Shown here piece after piece: positions 1 through 11,535 of a stretch of 20,000 nucleotides of DNA (the stretch's first letter is position 1; each line of letters starts with the position of its first letter). Under the pieces are notes generated by a model, which saw only the letters and a program-made list of their open reading frames with translations, did no database searches and was not told the DNA's origin. Made by a program: the position numbers and the translations under genes. This stretch comes from an uncultured virus (IMG/VR IMGVR_UViG_2513020035_000002) (lineage: Duplodnaviria; Heunggongvirae; Uroviricota; Caudoviricetes): IMG/VR virus record IMGVR_UViG_2513020035_000002. The stretch is one strand, 5' to 3'.

Positions 1-2
1 AT

Positions 3-867
3 GGTATGGTATTTATGGTTATTAAATGGGATGAAGTATCAGGGATTACATTTAGATTGGAGGATAAACAAATAGCTGATAGTAGCAAGCAAAATGCAAT
101 CGAAATTACACCTGTAAATCTTAATGTAAAACAGGCTTGGGTTTATAAAGAACCTAATATTAAAGATAAATGTTCTAAATGGATTGAATGGAGGAAAGAA
201 AATTTCCCTAATCCACAANNNNNNNNNNNNNNNNNNNNNNNGTGAAATTGAAAAAGATGAAATTTTAAAAGACAAAGAAGAACAAGTAGAAGAACTTCGG
301 GACAAAATAATGGCGTTAATAGACCTCTATTATTCTGTATTTATATCCAATAAAAGATATCTACTATCATGTATATATTCTTTATTAAGAGCATTGTTGT
401 TTTGGCCGAAAACATCNNNNNNNNNNCAATAAAAGAAAGATATATAAACCATTACTTATAAGAATAGCTGGTTTTGAAAATTTACCTCTTCCTGTTTATG
501 CAATACCAAGTAAACTTGGAATAGAAAAATCTGACGAGCTTGTTCCCCATGTTATGTTTGAAAATCAAATAGCAAGTATTGATTTCAAAGATGATAGATT
601 TGATATTATGGATATACAGGAATGGCTCGAACAACCTATAATTGTAGATACTGAAAAAGATGTATATAAAGTAAANNNNNNNNNNTATTATTTGATTCTG
701 CTAATAGTTGGGGAGCACATAGTGATGAAAGTGTTCCTTTCTTCTTAAACAGGGTAAAACGAATAGAAGTTTTGTCAGATGAATTTTTACTCAATATTAT
801 AAAGAATGTAACAGAGGTTACAATTGAATCAGGAAAGTTCGTTCTTAACAAGATAGAAAGGAAGTAA
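3..867 (+). CDS. AT-rich accessory (moron-like) hypothetical protein, 5'-truncated by the window edge and broken up by N-runs
   Basis: Open segments (MVFMVIKW..., ...EIEKDEILK...LLRALLFWPKT, NKRKIYKPLLIRIAGFENLPLPVYA...MFENQ..., LFDSANSWGAHSDESVP...KIERK) change frame only at the N-runs near 219-241, 417-426 and 676-685. The last segment ends at TAA 865-867. Joining them into one gene is inference. Confidence 0.55.
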
Positions 868-1089
868 ATTATNNNNNNNNNNGTATATCAATTCTATATT
901 TCCCCAATAATGCAATTATGCTTAGAGAAACAATATTCGAAGCTTTAAAAAAAGAGGTGTAACACTAGTGGAACTTGCTAATCATTTATGGAGAACATTG
1001 AAAAGTCCTTTTTATATCTTGGTATAGATATTGTTTTGAAAAACAAATAGTTATATCATATTTTAGCAAAGCGTGATTTTCAAGAATTT

Positions 1090-1117
1090 AGCCAATCGGG
1101 AAACTGGTTGGCTTTTT
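1090..1117 (+). terminator. Rho-independent terminator
   Basis: Stem AGCCAATCGG / CTGGTTGGCT (with G-U pairs), GAAA loop, followed by a T-run. Confidence 0.7.
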
Positions 1118-1120
1118 CTA

Positions 1121-1128
1121 TATATTTG
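1121..1128 (+). promoter_or_regulatory. Putative Bacteroidetes sigma-A -7 element upstream of the tail genes
   Basis: TATATTTG matches TAnnTTTG, lies right after the terminator and 26 nt before the ATG at 1155. Confidence 0.45.
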
Positions 1129-1154
1129 CTCGTGAACGTTCAAAAGGAGTTAAA

Positions 1155-3176
1155 ATGCTTTGTAAATATGTACTTACCGTTGATAGTATTTCCTATGATA
1201 TTCCCAAATCTTGTATTCAGAATTGGGATGAAATAAAGTTTTCCCGTAAACGCTCCGGACTTGAAGGAATAACTAGAACCTTTACTTCAAAATTCCAGTT
1301 TGTGGGAGAAGCCTATGATCTCATATTGGAGGAGTATTTGAGCAAATACCTGGCTTCTAATGCTAGTATCACTGTTTATACTATAACTAATTCTCATACT
1401 TATGAAGAATTCTTCAGTTGCCGACTGGATTTCGGTTCATTGACCTATGATGGAAATGCTGTTTCTATTAATTCGATAGATGATAGTGTCGCTAATATCA
1501 TAAAGGCTAACAAAGGAACGCAGTACGAATATTCGGTAGATGAGANNNNNNNNNNNNNNNNNNNNNNNNNNNNNNNNNNNNNNNNNNNNNNNNNNNNTTA
1601 TGATTCTGTAAGTATGAATTATAGTCAACCGCATACATTAGGTGGTAATACTGTAGAAAATGATGCTTCTTTGCAATATATTGTAATTGACAAAGGAATA
1701 TATGTAGAAGCTATAACATATTCGCTTCCCTTATATATTTCTGGTGGTGAACTTCCGTCACGGGATTCACCTCTTGAGTTTTATGATGCACCACAGGAAT
1801 CGAAAGATGATCCAAATGTATTTGTTAAAGCCTTGTCCGACATTGATATAGTATTGAATTTTAGTTTTGAATACTATATCAGTTATAGTGATGCGTATAC
1901 AACTAAAGCTGAAATTGTTCTAGGTGGGCGTTACGAAGATGGTCGTTTAGTCGAGTTGAAAAGATGGGGGTATAATAAGGGGGATGTTACTCCAAGTAAT
2001 CTGAATGAATCCATCAAGATTCATCTGACTAAAGGGCAGGCTTTATTTTTTGATTTGAAGGTAACATTTAACAGAGTTAATGCTTCTACTGGCAATATTT
2101 ATTTTCGTAATTTCAAATTTGAGACACGCTTTACTTCTCGAGCTAACCCTATCTATGTGGATGCAATAAGACCTATTGATGTGTTAAACCGATTGCTTAA
2201 AAGCATGAATGGTGGAAATGAAGGTATCTATGGTGAAATAGCTTCAGGTGTTGATGAAAGGTTAGATAATTGCGTGATATTAGCTGCTGAAAGTATTCGT
2301 GGAATCCCCCAAGCTAAGCTATATACTTCTTATACAAAGTTTAAAAACTGGATGGAAACAGTTTTTGGCTTTGTGCCTGTGATCAATGGTGTCACTGTTT
2401 TTTTTAAACACCGGGACAAATTGTTTAGTGATAACAATGTAAAGGATTTAAATAGCAGCTTTTCTAGTTTTGAGTATAAGGTTGATTCATCAAGAATATA
2501 TTCTTTGGTTAGGGTAGGATATGATAAACAGGACTATGAAAGTATGAATGGTCGTGACGAATTCCGATTTACTACTGAATATACTACTGGCATTGATATA
2601 ACTGATAATGTATTAGAGTTGATTAGCCCTTACCGTGCTGATGTTTATGGAATTGAATTCTTATCGCAAAAGAGAGGCCAAGATACAACGGATAGTGAAA
2701 GTGACAATGATGTGTTTTTTGTTTGTGCCAGTACTACATTACATGATAATGGCGGAGTACAAACATATAAAGAGTATAGGCTTATAAGGAGCGGTTGGGA
2801 AATAAGTGGTGTACTTGATCCTGAAACGATGTTTAATACCATGTATTGGCAAGGAGGCATATTGCAAGCAAATGCCGGCTATATTGGTATGTTCACTAAA
2901 AAACTATCTTATTCTTCTTCTGACGGTAATAGTGATGTTGTTGTCAATGGTATAGGAATGAAAGATGATTTTAACGTTGAAAGTGGTATTATAACTTGTG
3001 GAGATGTTTCATTCACAACTTATAATGAAGATATTCCACCAACAGATGATGAAACGATTAAAATCTTAAAAGATGATCTAGTTTACGAGGGCTACATCAA
3101 AGAGGTGAGTAGTACAGTTGAGAGAAACGAGGGAGTGAAGTATGATTTATTTGTCCGTTCAATAACAAAAGCCTAG
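1155..3176 (+). CDS. Putative phage minor tail / baseplate-hub protein
   Basis: 673-aa ORF including one in-frame N-run, beta-rich composition, first gene of a tightly packed cluster leading to receptor-binding and lysis genes. Function is inferred from context. Confidence 0.55.
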   Translation: MLCKYVLTVDSISYDIPKSCIQNWDEIKFSRKRSGLEGITRTFTSKFQFVGEAYDLILEEYLSKYLASNASITVYTITNSHTYEEFFSCRLDFGSLTYDGNAVSINSIDDSVANIIKANKGTQYEYSVDEXXXXXXXXXXXXXXXXXXYDSVSMNYSQPHTLGGNTVENDASLQYIVIDKGIYVEAITYSLPLYISGGELPSRDSPLEFYDAPQESKDDPNVFVKALSDIDIVLNFSFEYYISYSDAYTTKAEIVLGGRYEDGRLVELKRWGYNKGDVTPSNLNESIKIHLTKGQALFFDLKVTFNRVNASTGNIYFRNFKFETRFTSRANPIYVDAIRPIDVLNRLLKSMNGGNEGIYGEIASGVDERLDNCVILAAESIRGIPQAKLYTSYTKFKNWMETVFGFVPVINGVTVFFKHRDKLFSDNNVKDLNSSFSSFEYKVDSSRIYSLVRVGYDKQDYESMNGRDEFRFTTEYTTGIDITDNVLELISPYRADVYGIEFLSQKRGQDTTDSESDNDVFFVCASTTLHDNGGVQTYKEYRLIRSGWEISGVLDPETMFNTMYWQGGILQANAGYIGMFTKKLSYSSSDGNSDVVVNGIGMKDDFNVESGIITCGDVSFTTYNEDIPPTDDETIKILKDDLVYEGYIKEVSSTVERNEGVKYDLFVRSITKA

Positions 3177-3180
3177 AAAT

Positions 3181-4494
3181 ATGATTATAAGCCCGTTTAC
3201 CCCACTGTTTTTTTCTCCGTCTACCGATAAATTTGGAGCGAAGAGTAAATATGTGCAATTATTCGCACGTACAGACAGGATTTTTGTTGAATTGATTTTG
3301 ACAGCCAAAGAGCAGGAGCCTATAGTTTACATTAATAATCTTTTAAGTAATATATCTACACCTGTATCATTAAGCTCATGGAAGATGAATGATGATAAGA
3401 TTCTTTATTTCTATAACATTTCATTGCTTCCATGTGGATACTATACTGTAACAGTTAATGGGAATACGAGTGAGATTTTTAAAGTTACGGACGATGAATG
3501 TGAGTTATCAGAAACCAGCCTTATTCAATATTCAATGAAAGATAATAAGCAGCGTCTTGATGCTGTCTGGTGGATAGATGGGATGCAATACTTTTTTGAT
3601 TTTCGCGTTCCTGGTGGTTTCAAAGATAACGGATGGACGTTCGGTGTGGATAATGAGCAGTTCGTGACCTCTGATGAGGATATTGTTGAGCTATTCAGCC
3701 ACGAATATACAACAGTATTATTCACGCTTGGAAATGGGATGGGATGCCCTGTGTGGTTTGCTGAATTATTGAATCGTGTCTTATGCTGTAATTACGTCTA
3801 CTTTGATGGTGTTCGATATACCAGAAAGGAAAGTAATGTTCCGGAACTTAACCAGCAAATAGAGGGATTGAAGAGTTTTGTGTTCAATCAAATGTTACAG
3901 AAGGTAAGAACGATGAATCCAGTTTTGGAATGGAATAACCAGCTTGCTATGAGGTGTGTACAAAGCGGTGCTTATAGGATAGCAGATGATGAAGGAATGC
4001 GTAGTATCAAGTATGGTTCAGAAAGTGGGGTTGCAGAGGTCGGAGCATATATCAATATGACTAAGGCTATTCCTAATACTGGAGTTTCTATTAATAGTGA
4101 TACTATGGTTACTGTCAACAGTATTCATCACCCAGGTGTTGATGAAAATTCATATTGGGATTTGATTGCAATCAAGACGACTGACATAGATAACAAGTAT
4201 ATTGGTAGAAGAGGTTACGGTAAACTTACAGTTAATGGACTGGATAGACTAAAGAACGATTTGGACAACGGTTCGATAAATTTGCGTGCTGTACTATATA
4301 AAGGAGATTCGTATACTAACCTCATTGAAGGGAGTGTAATCAGTAGGGATGGTGTATGTGTCTTGAAAGGTATTAACGGTGGAGATATTGGTGCTCTGAA
4401 GGAGTTCCAACTTTATCTTGATAATGTCTATGATTGCGACATAGATAATCTTGGTATGACCATTGAGCTTGTATGGGTATATGAAAATGATTAA
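3181..4494 (+). CDS. Putative phage minor tail protein
   Basis: 437-aa ORF starting 4 nt after the previous stop, within the tail module. No catalytic motif recognised. Confidence 0.5.
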   Translation: MIISPFTPLFFSPSTDKFGAKSKYVQLFARTDRIFVELILTAKEQEPIVYINNLLSNISTPVSLSSWKMNDDKILYFYNISLLPCGYYTVTVNGNTSEIFKVTDDECELSETSLIQYSMKDNKQRLDAVWWIDGMQYFFDFRVPGGFKDNGWTFGVDNEQFVTSDEDIVELFSHEYTTVLFTLGNGMGCPVWFAELLNRVLCCNYVYFDGVRYTRKESNVPELNQQIEGLKSFVFNQMLQKVRTMNPVLEWNNQLAMRCVQSGAYRIADDEGMRSIKYGSESGVAEVGAYINMTKAIPNTGVSINSDTMVTVNSIHHPGVDENSYWDLIAIKTTDIDNKYIGRRGYGKLTVNGLDRLKNDLDNGSINLRAVLYKGDSYTNLIEGSVISRDGVCVLKGINGGDIGALKEFQLYLDNVYDCDIDNLGMTIELVWVYEND

Positions 4495-4505
4495 AAAAGA
4501 GAATT

Positions 4506-7500
4506 ATGACAGAAACAGAAAAACAACAGATTATTAGCCTTGTGTTACAAGCGTTGAAGACAAACAGTCTTACAATAGAGCAACTGACTGATACAACAGA
4601 GCTATCCAAAGATATGTACGTTGAAGTTAGTGGCGGTCGGAAAATATCTANNNNNNNNNNNNNNNNNNNNNNNNNNNNNNNNNNNNNNNNNNNNTTTACT
4701 TTCAAGTACCATTGCTAAAATGGTGAATGGTGATTTTGATGCATTAGTGGAGAATGTCAATAAGATTGCAAAAGATTTATCGGATGGAGACGCCGAGTTA
4801 TTGAAACGTATAACAGGAGTGTCTGATAAATCCAATCCTTTGACTGACCCATTTAAAAGTATTGGCTCTTTTACTACTATTGGTAGCTTTAAAGATAAAT
4901 TAAAAACAATGTATTCCGGGGATTCTTCTATTGGGAATTATCGGTGTATTTTGTCTGTTGATTCGTCTAAGATTCCTGTAAATATACAAATTGAACGGTT
5001 GGAGCTTAATAAGGTTTGTCAATCATTCACTTCGTGTATACAACTGGCTACCATGTCAGACAATGCCGAAGGTGTATATTTAGGTACAGTTTGTACAATC
5101 TCACGAATAGGTATTGTTTCCAATGAGAGTGTTGCATGGGGCAAATGGACTTCTGTAATAAATGACTTTGAGGAAAGGATAGGAAAAGCGAACGGTATCG
5201 CTCCTTTGAACGAAGAAAGTAAAGTTCCTTCTGAATGTCTGCCTGAACCGTTGTCTCTTGGGGAAGGTGAAGAAGAAGCTTTCCCCGGCAACCGTGGAAA
5301 GTCTTTGGAAGATACAATGAAAAATATCCCTTCCGATATAATCAAACCGGGTTCTTTCTCCGTCCTGTCTGACGCTTCCTATCTCGATGTGTATTTTAAG
5401 AAAGTGTCCAAAACAACCGGTAAAGAAACGGATGACAGCTTCCGTCTGCCTTCTGCTACCCTTGAACAAGCCGGCCTTTTGTCCGCCGAGGATAAGCAAG
5501 CCCTTGAGGATATGAAGAGCGGCACGCCCGCTGACGATGTAACACACCCCATCGTCATTGTTGATGAGATCCGCCCATTGAAAGACGGCTACTATACCCT
5601 TGAAACCGCTATTGCCGCCATTGTCTCCTATCAACAGGAATCTGGCGTCAAATATGAGCGAACGGGTCTCATCATTACTTACAAAACAGGCGAGTATGAA
5701 ATGGAAACCCGGCAGTTCCAGGGTGCTGTGTCCGATTTTGCGACCCCTTCTCTTTGGAAACCCTTCGGGAATGGTGGTGGCGGTTCCGTTTTTGAAACTT
5801 CCGATGAACCGGCGGAAGGGGGAAAGGACGCCTTTTCAACTGGTGGCGCCTATGCCTATGTTCCGGCCAACCTCGACGTAAACGTGGAAACAGAAGGCAT
5901 TGTAAAACTTCAGATGAAGAACGCTGCCGGTGAAACCCTTGGCGATGAAGTGCAGTTCGCTATCGGCACGGGTGGCGGCGGTCAAACTGGTGGTACCATT
6001 GTTGCCATTGCTTTCCAGTCGACACCTGTCTATGGTTCTTACGGCTCCACGCTACGAACCTTTGCCGCCATTCGTTCCGTGACCTCGAACGGTGTCGAAT
6101 CCTCTGACAACCTGATTGAGAAACTGGAACTCGTAGACCGTGAAAGCGGGCTTACCGTCTGGACTGAAACCGTCAACAAAGCATCTTCCGGTGACATGAA
6201 GGACTTCTCCTTTGAACTGGACTTCACCACATACTTTACGGCTGCTGGTACTCGGAAATTCAAGCTGATAGCCACTGACGAAAGCGGCAACACCGGTTCC
6301 AAGAATGTCAATGTAACAGCTGTTGATATTACCTGTACCTGTGTGCAGGTGCTCAACTATACCCCTGAAACTCTGCTTACTCCGACAACTGAAAGTTTCA
6401 GCCTTCCACTCTATAAGTTCGGAAACAACACCTCTGATAAAGGTATCAGTGCCCAGGTTGACATCAAGATTAATGGTGAATGGCAATCCCTGTCTACCAC
6501 CGTTGTAAATGACAACTACTCGCACTCCGTTGTAATCCGCCCTGCTTCCCTCGGCCTAGAACACGGTACCTATCCCTTGCGCATCCAAGGAACGGATGTC
6601 GCATCCGGAGTGAAAGGAAATGTCATCTACACGGCTGTCATGGTAATTGACCCGAATAGTTCCACACCTCTTGTCGCCTTGAGATACGATGATAAAAACG
6701 GTGGAGTAGTCCGACTGTACGAAACCGTAGAACTTGATGTTGCCTGTTATGACCCGTTGGAAATGACTTCACCCGTCAGCGTGAAAGCCAATAACGTGCA
6801 GGTAACACAAATTGCTGCCAGTCGTAACAAAACCTATCAGGTCAAACAACAACTGCAGGGCTACAAGGCTGACGGCACCGATACGGTCAACTATACTGCC
6901 GTATGCAAGGACGTGACTAGCGAACCTGTCCGGGTGACAGTTAGCGGTTCCGCCATTGACGCCGCCATAAAAGAAGGCGCCATCTATAACTTTGACTTCT
7001 CATCCCGTACCAATCAGGAAACTGACCATAGCATTGTCAGCGGTAATTATGAAATGAAAGTGGACGGTGCCAACTGGACTACCAACGGTTTTGGCACATT
7101 CTTGGGTGAGAACTGCCTTCGCGTAGCCGAGAATGTGGGCGTGTCATTAAACCATGCCCCGTTTGCCGGCTCGTCCATCGAATCCAACGGTGCCGCCATC
7201 CAGTTCGCTTTCGCTTCCAAGAACGTGACCGATGATGATGCCCTGCTCCTTAGCTGCTATGACGAAACGTCCGGTGCCGGCTTCTATGTCACCGGCCGGG
7301 TGGTCGGCATCTTCTGTAACAATGGCGTTTCCCGTCGTGAAGAACGCGCCTATCGACAGGGTGAAAAGATAACCGTAGCCGTGGTTGTTGAACCTGCAAG
7401 CAACTACGTTGAACGTGACGGCACACGGTATTCCATGATGAAACTCTTCCTCAACGGTGAGGAAGTCGCCTGCCTTGGTTATGTTCCGGGCGGCGGCTCC

Positions 7501-10500
7501 CTGATTCAGACCAAGTATATAACGATGGACGGCAAACTGGGTGATTTGTATCTTTATTACATGATGGCCTGGAACTCCTATATGGAATGGGCACAGGCGT
7601 TCAAGAACTACCTTGTCCGTCTGACCGATACAGAGGTAATGGTGAAGGAATACGCCTTTGAGGACATCCTTAAAAGCCAGACAGCCGAGGGTAGTACCCA
7701 AAGCCGCCCGTCGGCTGCCGAAATCTATTCACGCGGTATGCCTTACATTGTCGAATGCCCCTATGAAGGCTCCGATATAGAAGCACTGGACGGCACCACT
7801 TCCACCAGTACGAAGATATACATCACGCTCTATTACTTTGACCCCGAACGCCCGTGGCGTAACTTCAAGGCCGTGAGTGTCCAAGCCCGCAACCAGGGAA
7901 CCACCTCTGCCAAACGCCCGGTAAAGAATAAACGCTACTACCTCGCCAAGAGCAAAGGCAAAAACAAGGACACTCGAATCATACTACTTAATCCGGACGA
8001 TACGACGGAGGAAGGACGCCGTGCAATAGCCTTGGCTGCCATCAACAAGGTACAGGTCGGTGATAATACAATCCCGGTCGATGTCATTACCGTAAAAGTC
8101 GATTACTCCGATTCCGGTAATGCGAACGACTGCGGCGCCTGTGAAATGATGAACGTTACATACCGTGCCTTAGGTGGTAACTATATGACACCTGTCCAAC
8201 GTGCATTTGACGGAACATTTGACAGCGGTGACTTGCATATCGAAGACTTGCAGATGAACCACTCTACCGCCAATCACCCGGTAGCCACCTATCGGTGTAA
8301 GGATGACAGCCTGCAAAACGTCTATTTCCATGCCAAAGGCAACTGGAAAGAAGACAAAGGGGAACAGTTCGCCCTCGGCTTCAAAGATACCCCCGGCTAT
8401 AACAAAGGTTGCCTGAATTATGGTGACTTCATAGAGTTCTTCGGTACTCCTGACGAAACTTTAGACGCAATTGAGATACGCTTCAAACAGACTGACGGAC
8501 TCGATACGGACAGCGTGTACCTGCTTTCCCTGTATTGCGGTAGTTCGTACCGGATAATGAGGTATCAGGACAGCTCATGGAAAAAGCAGTCCGGTTCCAT
8601 GAAGTATGAAAACGGCAAATGGAATGTCACCGGTGACGTCCTGAATCCGGTTGAAGGTTTCGAACTTCTTAACTACCAAGGTATGGACTGGTTTCAGGGC
8701 GTTGGTTCTGTTCAGGATATGATGGCCATGAAAACGGACAAGTCCTCATGGGTTCAAAAACTCGTGGATAACGGAACTATCTCTGCTGATACCTTCCCGG
8801 CATGGACTTACTACTTTGAATCGCTTGTCGATGATGACCAGCTCGCCATTGATTACGCTTTGGGTAAGAAAGTGCCCTATAACCTCTACCGATGGTTGCG
8901 CTTCTGTGATTCCTGCGATTACTCCAAAGGCGGAAACTGGCAAAGAACATGGAAGGAAAACCTGTATAAATACGCCTGCCCAGAAAGTGTCTTGAGTTAT
9001 GACATCTTCACCGACTACCTTGCCGCCACTGACCAACGCGCCAAGAATATGCAGCCGATGTGGTTCTTGGAAGAGTATGCTTCCGTAACAGACGGTGTGT
9101 ACAGCTCCGAGGATGCCATGCGCATGTACCTGAATAAAATCTATGACTGCGATACGCTCAATAGCAAGGACAACGACGGTGGTTGCACGGTTGATGCCGA
9201 GGTGGACCCCAACCGGACGAGCGATGAAACATTCACTAACCCTTATGCTGGCTACGGCTCCGTTCTGTTTAATAACATCTATCTCCAGCAAGTAGTGTGG
9301 ACTGACTCATCCGGTACGGAACTCTCCCTGCGTACCGTTGCCGCCGCCATGCGTAACGTTCAGGCGACCATTGACGGCGTCACCCTGCACCCGTTCTCAC
9401 CCGAAGGAGCTACGCATTTCTTCATTGACAAACGGCTCAAAAAATGGCAGAAACTGGTTAGTTCTTACGACGGTGAACGGAAATACATCTCCTATACTGC
9501 CACCTCTGATGCTATTTACTTCTATGCCCTGCAAGGTCTTGGACTTACCGCCCTTCCGTCTTTCATCGAAAGACGTTGGCGTATTCGTGACGGCTATTTC
9601 CAAACTGGTGATTTCTTCAGCGGTGTAATTTCCGGGCGCGTATCTTCCAAATCAAACGCCACCATCCGGATTGTCGCTGCTAAAAACGGTTACTTCGGTG
9701 TCGGCAATGACGCTAGCGGCAACCTTTCCGAAAGCTGCTTCCTTGAAGCGGGCGAAGAATATGTATTCACCAACTTCTCACATGAGGAAGGCGCCTTGCT
9801 GTATATCTATCAGGCTGACCGCATGAAGCTGCTCGACCTGTCTGAAATCTCCCTGTCAAGTACGGTGAGCTTCTCCGCCATGCAACTTGTGGAAACCCTT
9901 ATCTTAGGCTCTGACACCCATACAGAACAATCCATCGGTTCTTACGCACCGCTTACCTCGCTGAACTGCGGCGAAATGCCCTTCCTCGTATCACTCGATA
10001 TCCGGAACACACAAATCGCTACGCTCGTTACCGACAAATGCCCACGTATCGCCCATATCAATGCGTCCGGTAGCAAACTGGAGAACATCACTCTTGCAGA
10101 GACTTCTCCGATTAATGACATCTCTCTTCCACCAACAATGACAAGCCTCCGTTTTGTCGGTCTTCCTGAACTGACCTATACCGGTCTTTCCGCCCCGTCC
10201 GGCCTGCATATAGAATCCATGCCGAACGTCCAACGCCTGCGTCTTGAAACGTCGCCTCAACTTGACGCCATTCAGATGCTCCGTGACGTCCTCGCTTCAC
10301 AAGCGGCATCCCGTAAACTTTCCATGCTCCGTATCTCGAACATGACCCTGAAGGCTGACGGCTCCGAGCTTCTTGCCATTCTCGAATATGGAGTTGCCGG
10401 AATGGATGAGGACGGCAACAGACAGGATAAACCGGTAGTCAACGGCACGTATGAACTGACAGTTATCCGTGAAACGGATGAAATCGAATCCCTTGAATCC

Positions 10501-10719
10501 GGTATTGACGGCCTTGTCATCCTTACCGTCATAGATGCCTACATCGACCTGATCAACTGGTTCAATAATGAGTCTTATGGCGGAGAACCGTACTACGATA
10601 ACGTAACGCTGGACAACATCAATGAAGTCCTTGAATATTATAACGGCGAAACCTACGAAGAATATCTCGAACGCTTCGCTGAAGACAATATGGATATTAA
10701 TGATTTAATCAACAAGTAA
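4506..10719 (+). CDS. Large (~2,060 aa) multidomain tail/virion protein with LamG/lectin-like, CotH-kinase-like and LRR-like regions
   Basis: The likely start is ATG 4506 (MTETEKQQII...GGRKIS), joined across the N-run 4651-4694 to LLSSTIAK. It has a tail-fibre-type motif GKANGIAPLNEESKVP, Gly-rich linkers, CotH-like motifs (NQGTTSAKRPVKN, DQRAKN, IYDCD) and LxxLxL repeats near the C-terminus. Confidence 0.7.
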
Positions 10720-10721
10720 CT

Positions 10722-11510
10722 ATGACGAATGAACAAAGCGCAACGCTGCTTCGCTTGAATAAACAGGCACAAGTGGCAGCACTGAACGCCGTGGGCTTCT
10801 CGGATGTCACCGAGAATTCCCGCGCATCTGAATTTGGACAACGTATCAAGTGGGCCGCCGGTCTGCTTGATCTGCATCTTGCCTGTAATCGTATTTCGGA
10901 TAACTCCAAGGCATACTTTACTGCTGCCGAATGGAACTCCCTTACGCTCGCTAATAAGCAACTGTATATCAAACGCGGGCTTCGTATCCGTGCCCATGGA
11001 CACTCCTTCGTAATCGCCGCCCAGGAGTGCTATAATGCCGATATGACTACTACCTTCTATTGGGGCGGTCAGGGTAAAGCCATAGACGGCCTGAACCAAA
11101 AAGGACTGGGTGCCATGTACGGCTGCTTCACGGGTGAGGAAGATACCGACCTGATTATCACTACCCTGAAAGAGCAAAACAATAGCGGTGTAATCGGTGC
11201 GCCGGCTGCCGAAGCCGCCCGTGCATACCGTGCCTACACTTTGGAAAGTGACGGTATCGAGGATGAATCCAACTGGTTCCTTCCTTCATCCGGCCAAATG
11301 CTTCTGATGTACCGCTATCGCGATAAAATCAATGAGATGATGCGTACCTTTTGGAGTAGTGATAGTATGCTGATGACTGATAAATACTACTGGTCATCAA
11401 CAATTTGGGATACTAACTCCGCCTGGACATTCGAACTGAATACCGGGCGTATTACGAATCAAAACAAAAATTCAGCCCTTCTTCATGTGAGAGCTGTTGC
11501 TTCCGAATAG
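10722..11510 (+). CDS. C-type-lectin-fold (DUF1566/Lcl-like) receptor-binding protein, paralog 1, not matched by the TR
   Basis: Motifs WFLPSSGQM, YYWSST, SAWTF and C-terminal HVRAV. Clearly paralogous to the next gene along its whole length. Confidence 0.75.
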   Translation: MTNEQSATLLRLNKQAQVAALNAVGFSDVTENSRASEFGQRIKWAAGLLDLHLACNRISDNSKAYFTAAEWNSLTLANKQLYIKRGLRIRAHGHSFVIAAQECYNADMTTTFYWGGQGKAIDGLNQKGLGAMYGCFTGEEDTDLIITTLKEQNNSGVIGAPAAEAARAYRAYTLESDGIEDESNWFLPSSGQMLLMYRYRDKINEMMRTFWSSDSMLMTDKYYWSSTIWDTNSAWTFELNTGRITNQNKNSALLHVRAVASE

Positions 11511-11535
11511 TATTAACTTAATATTATACAATAAA

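Noticed and set aside
4621..4718. Apparent frameshift or separate 70-aa ORF at the start of the large tail gene, suggesting programmed frameshifting
   Set aside because: The frame change falls exactly on the N-run 4651-4694. Other N-runs here behave as padding, so an assembly artefact is the simpler explanation.
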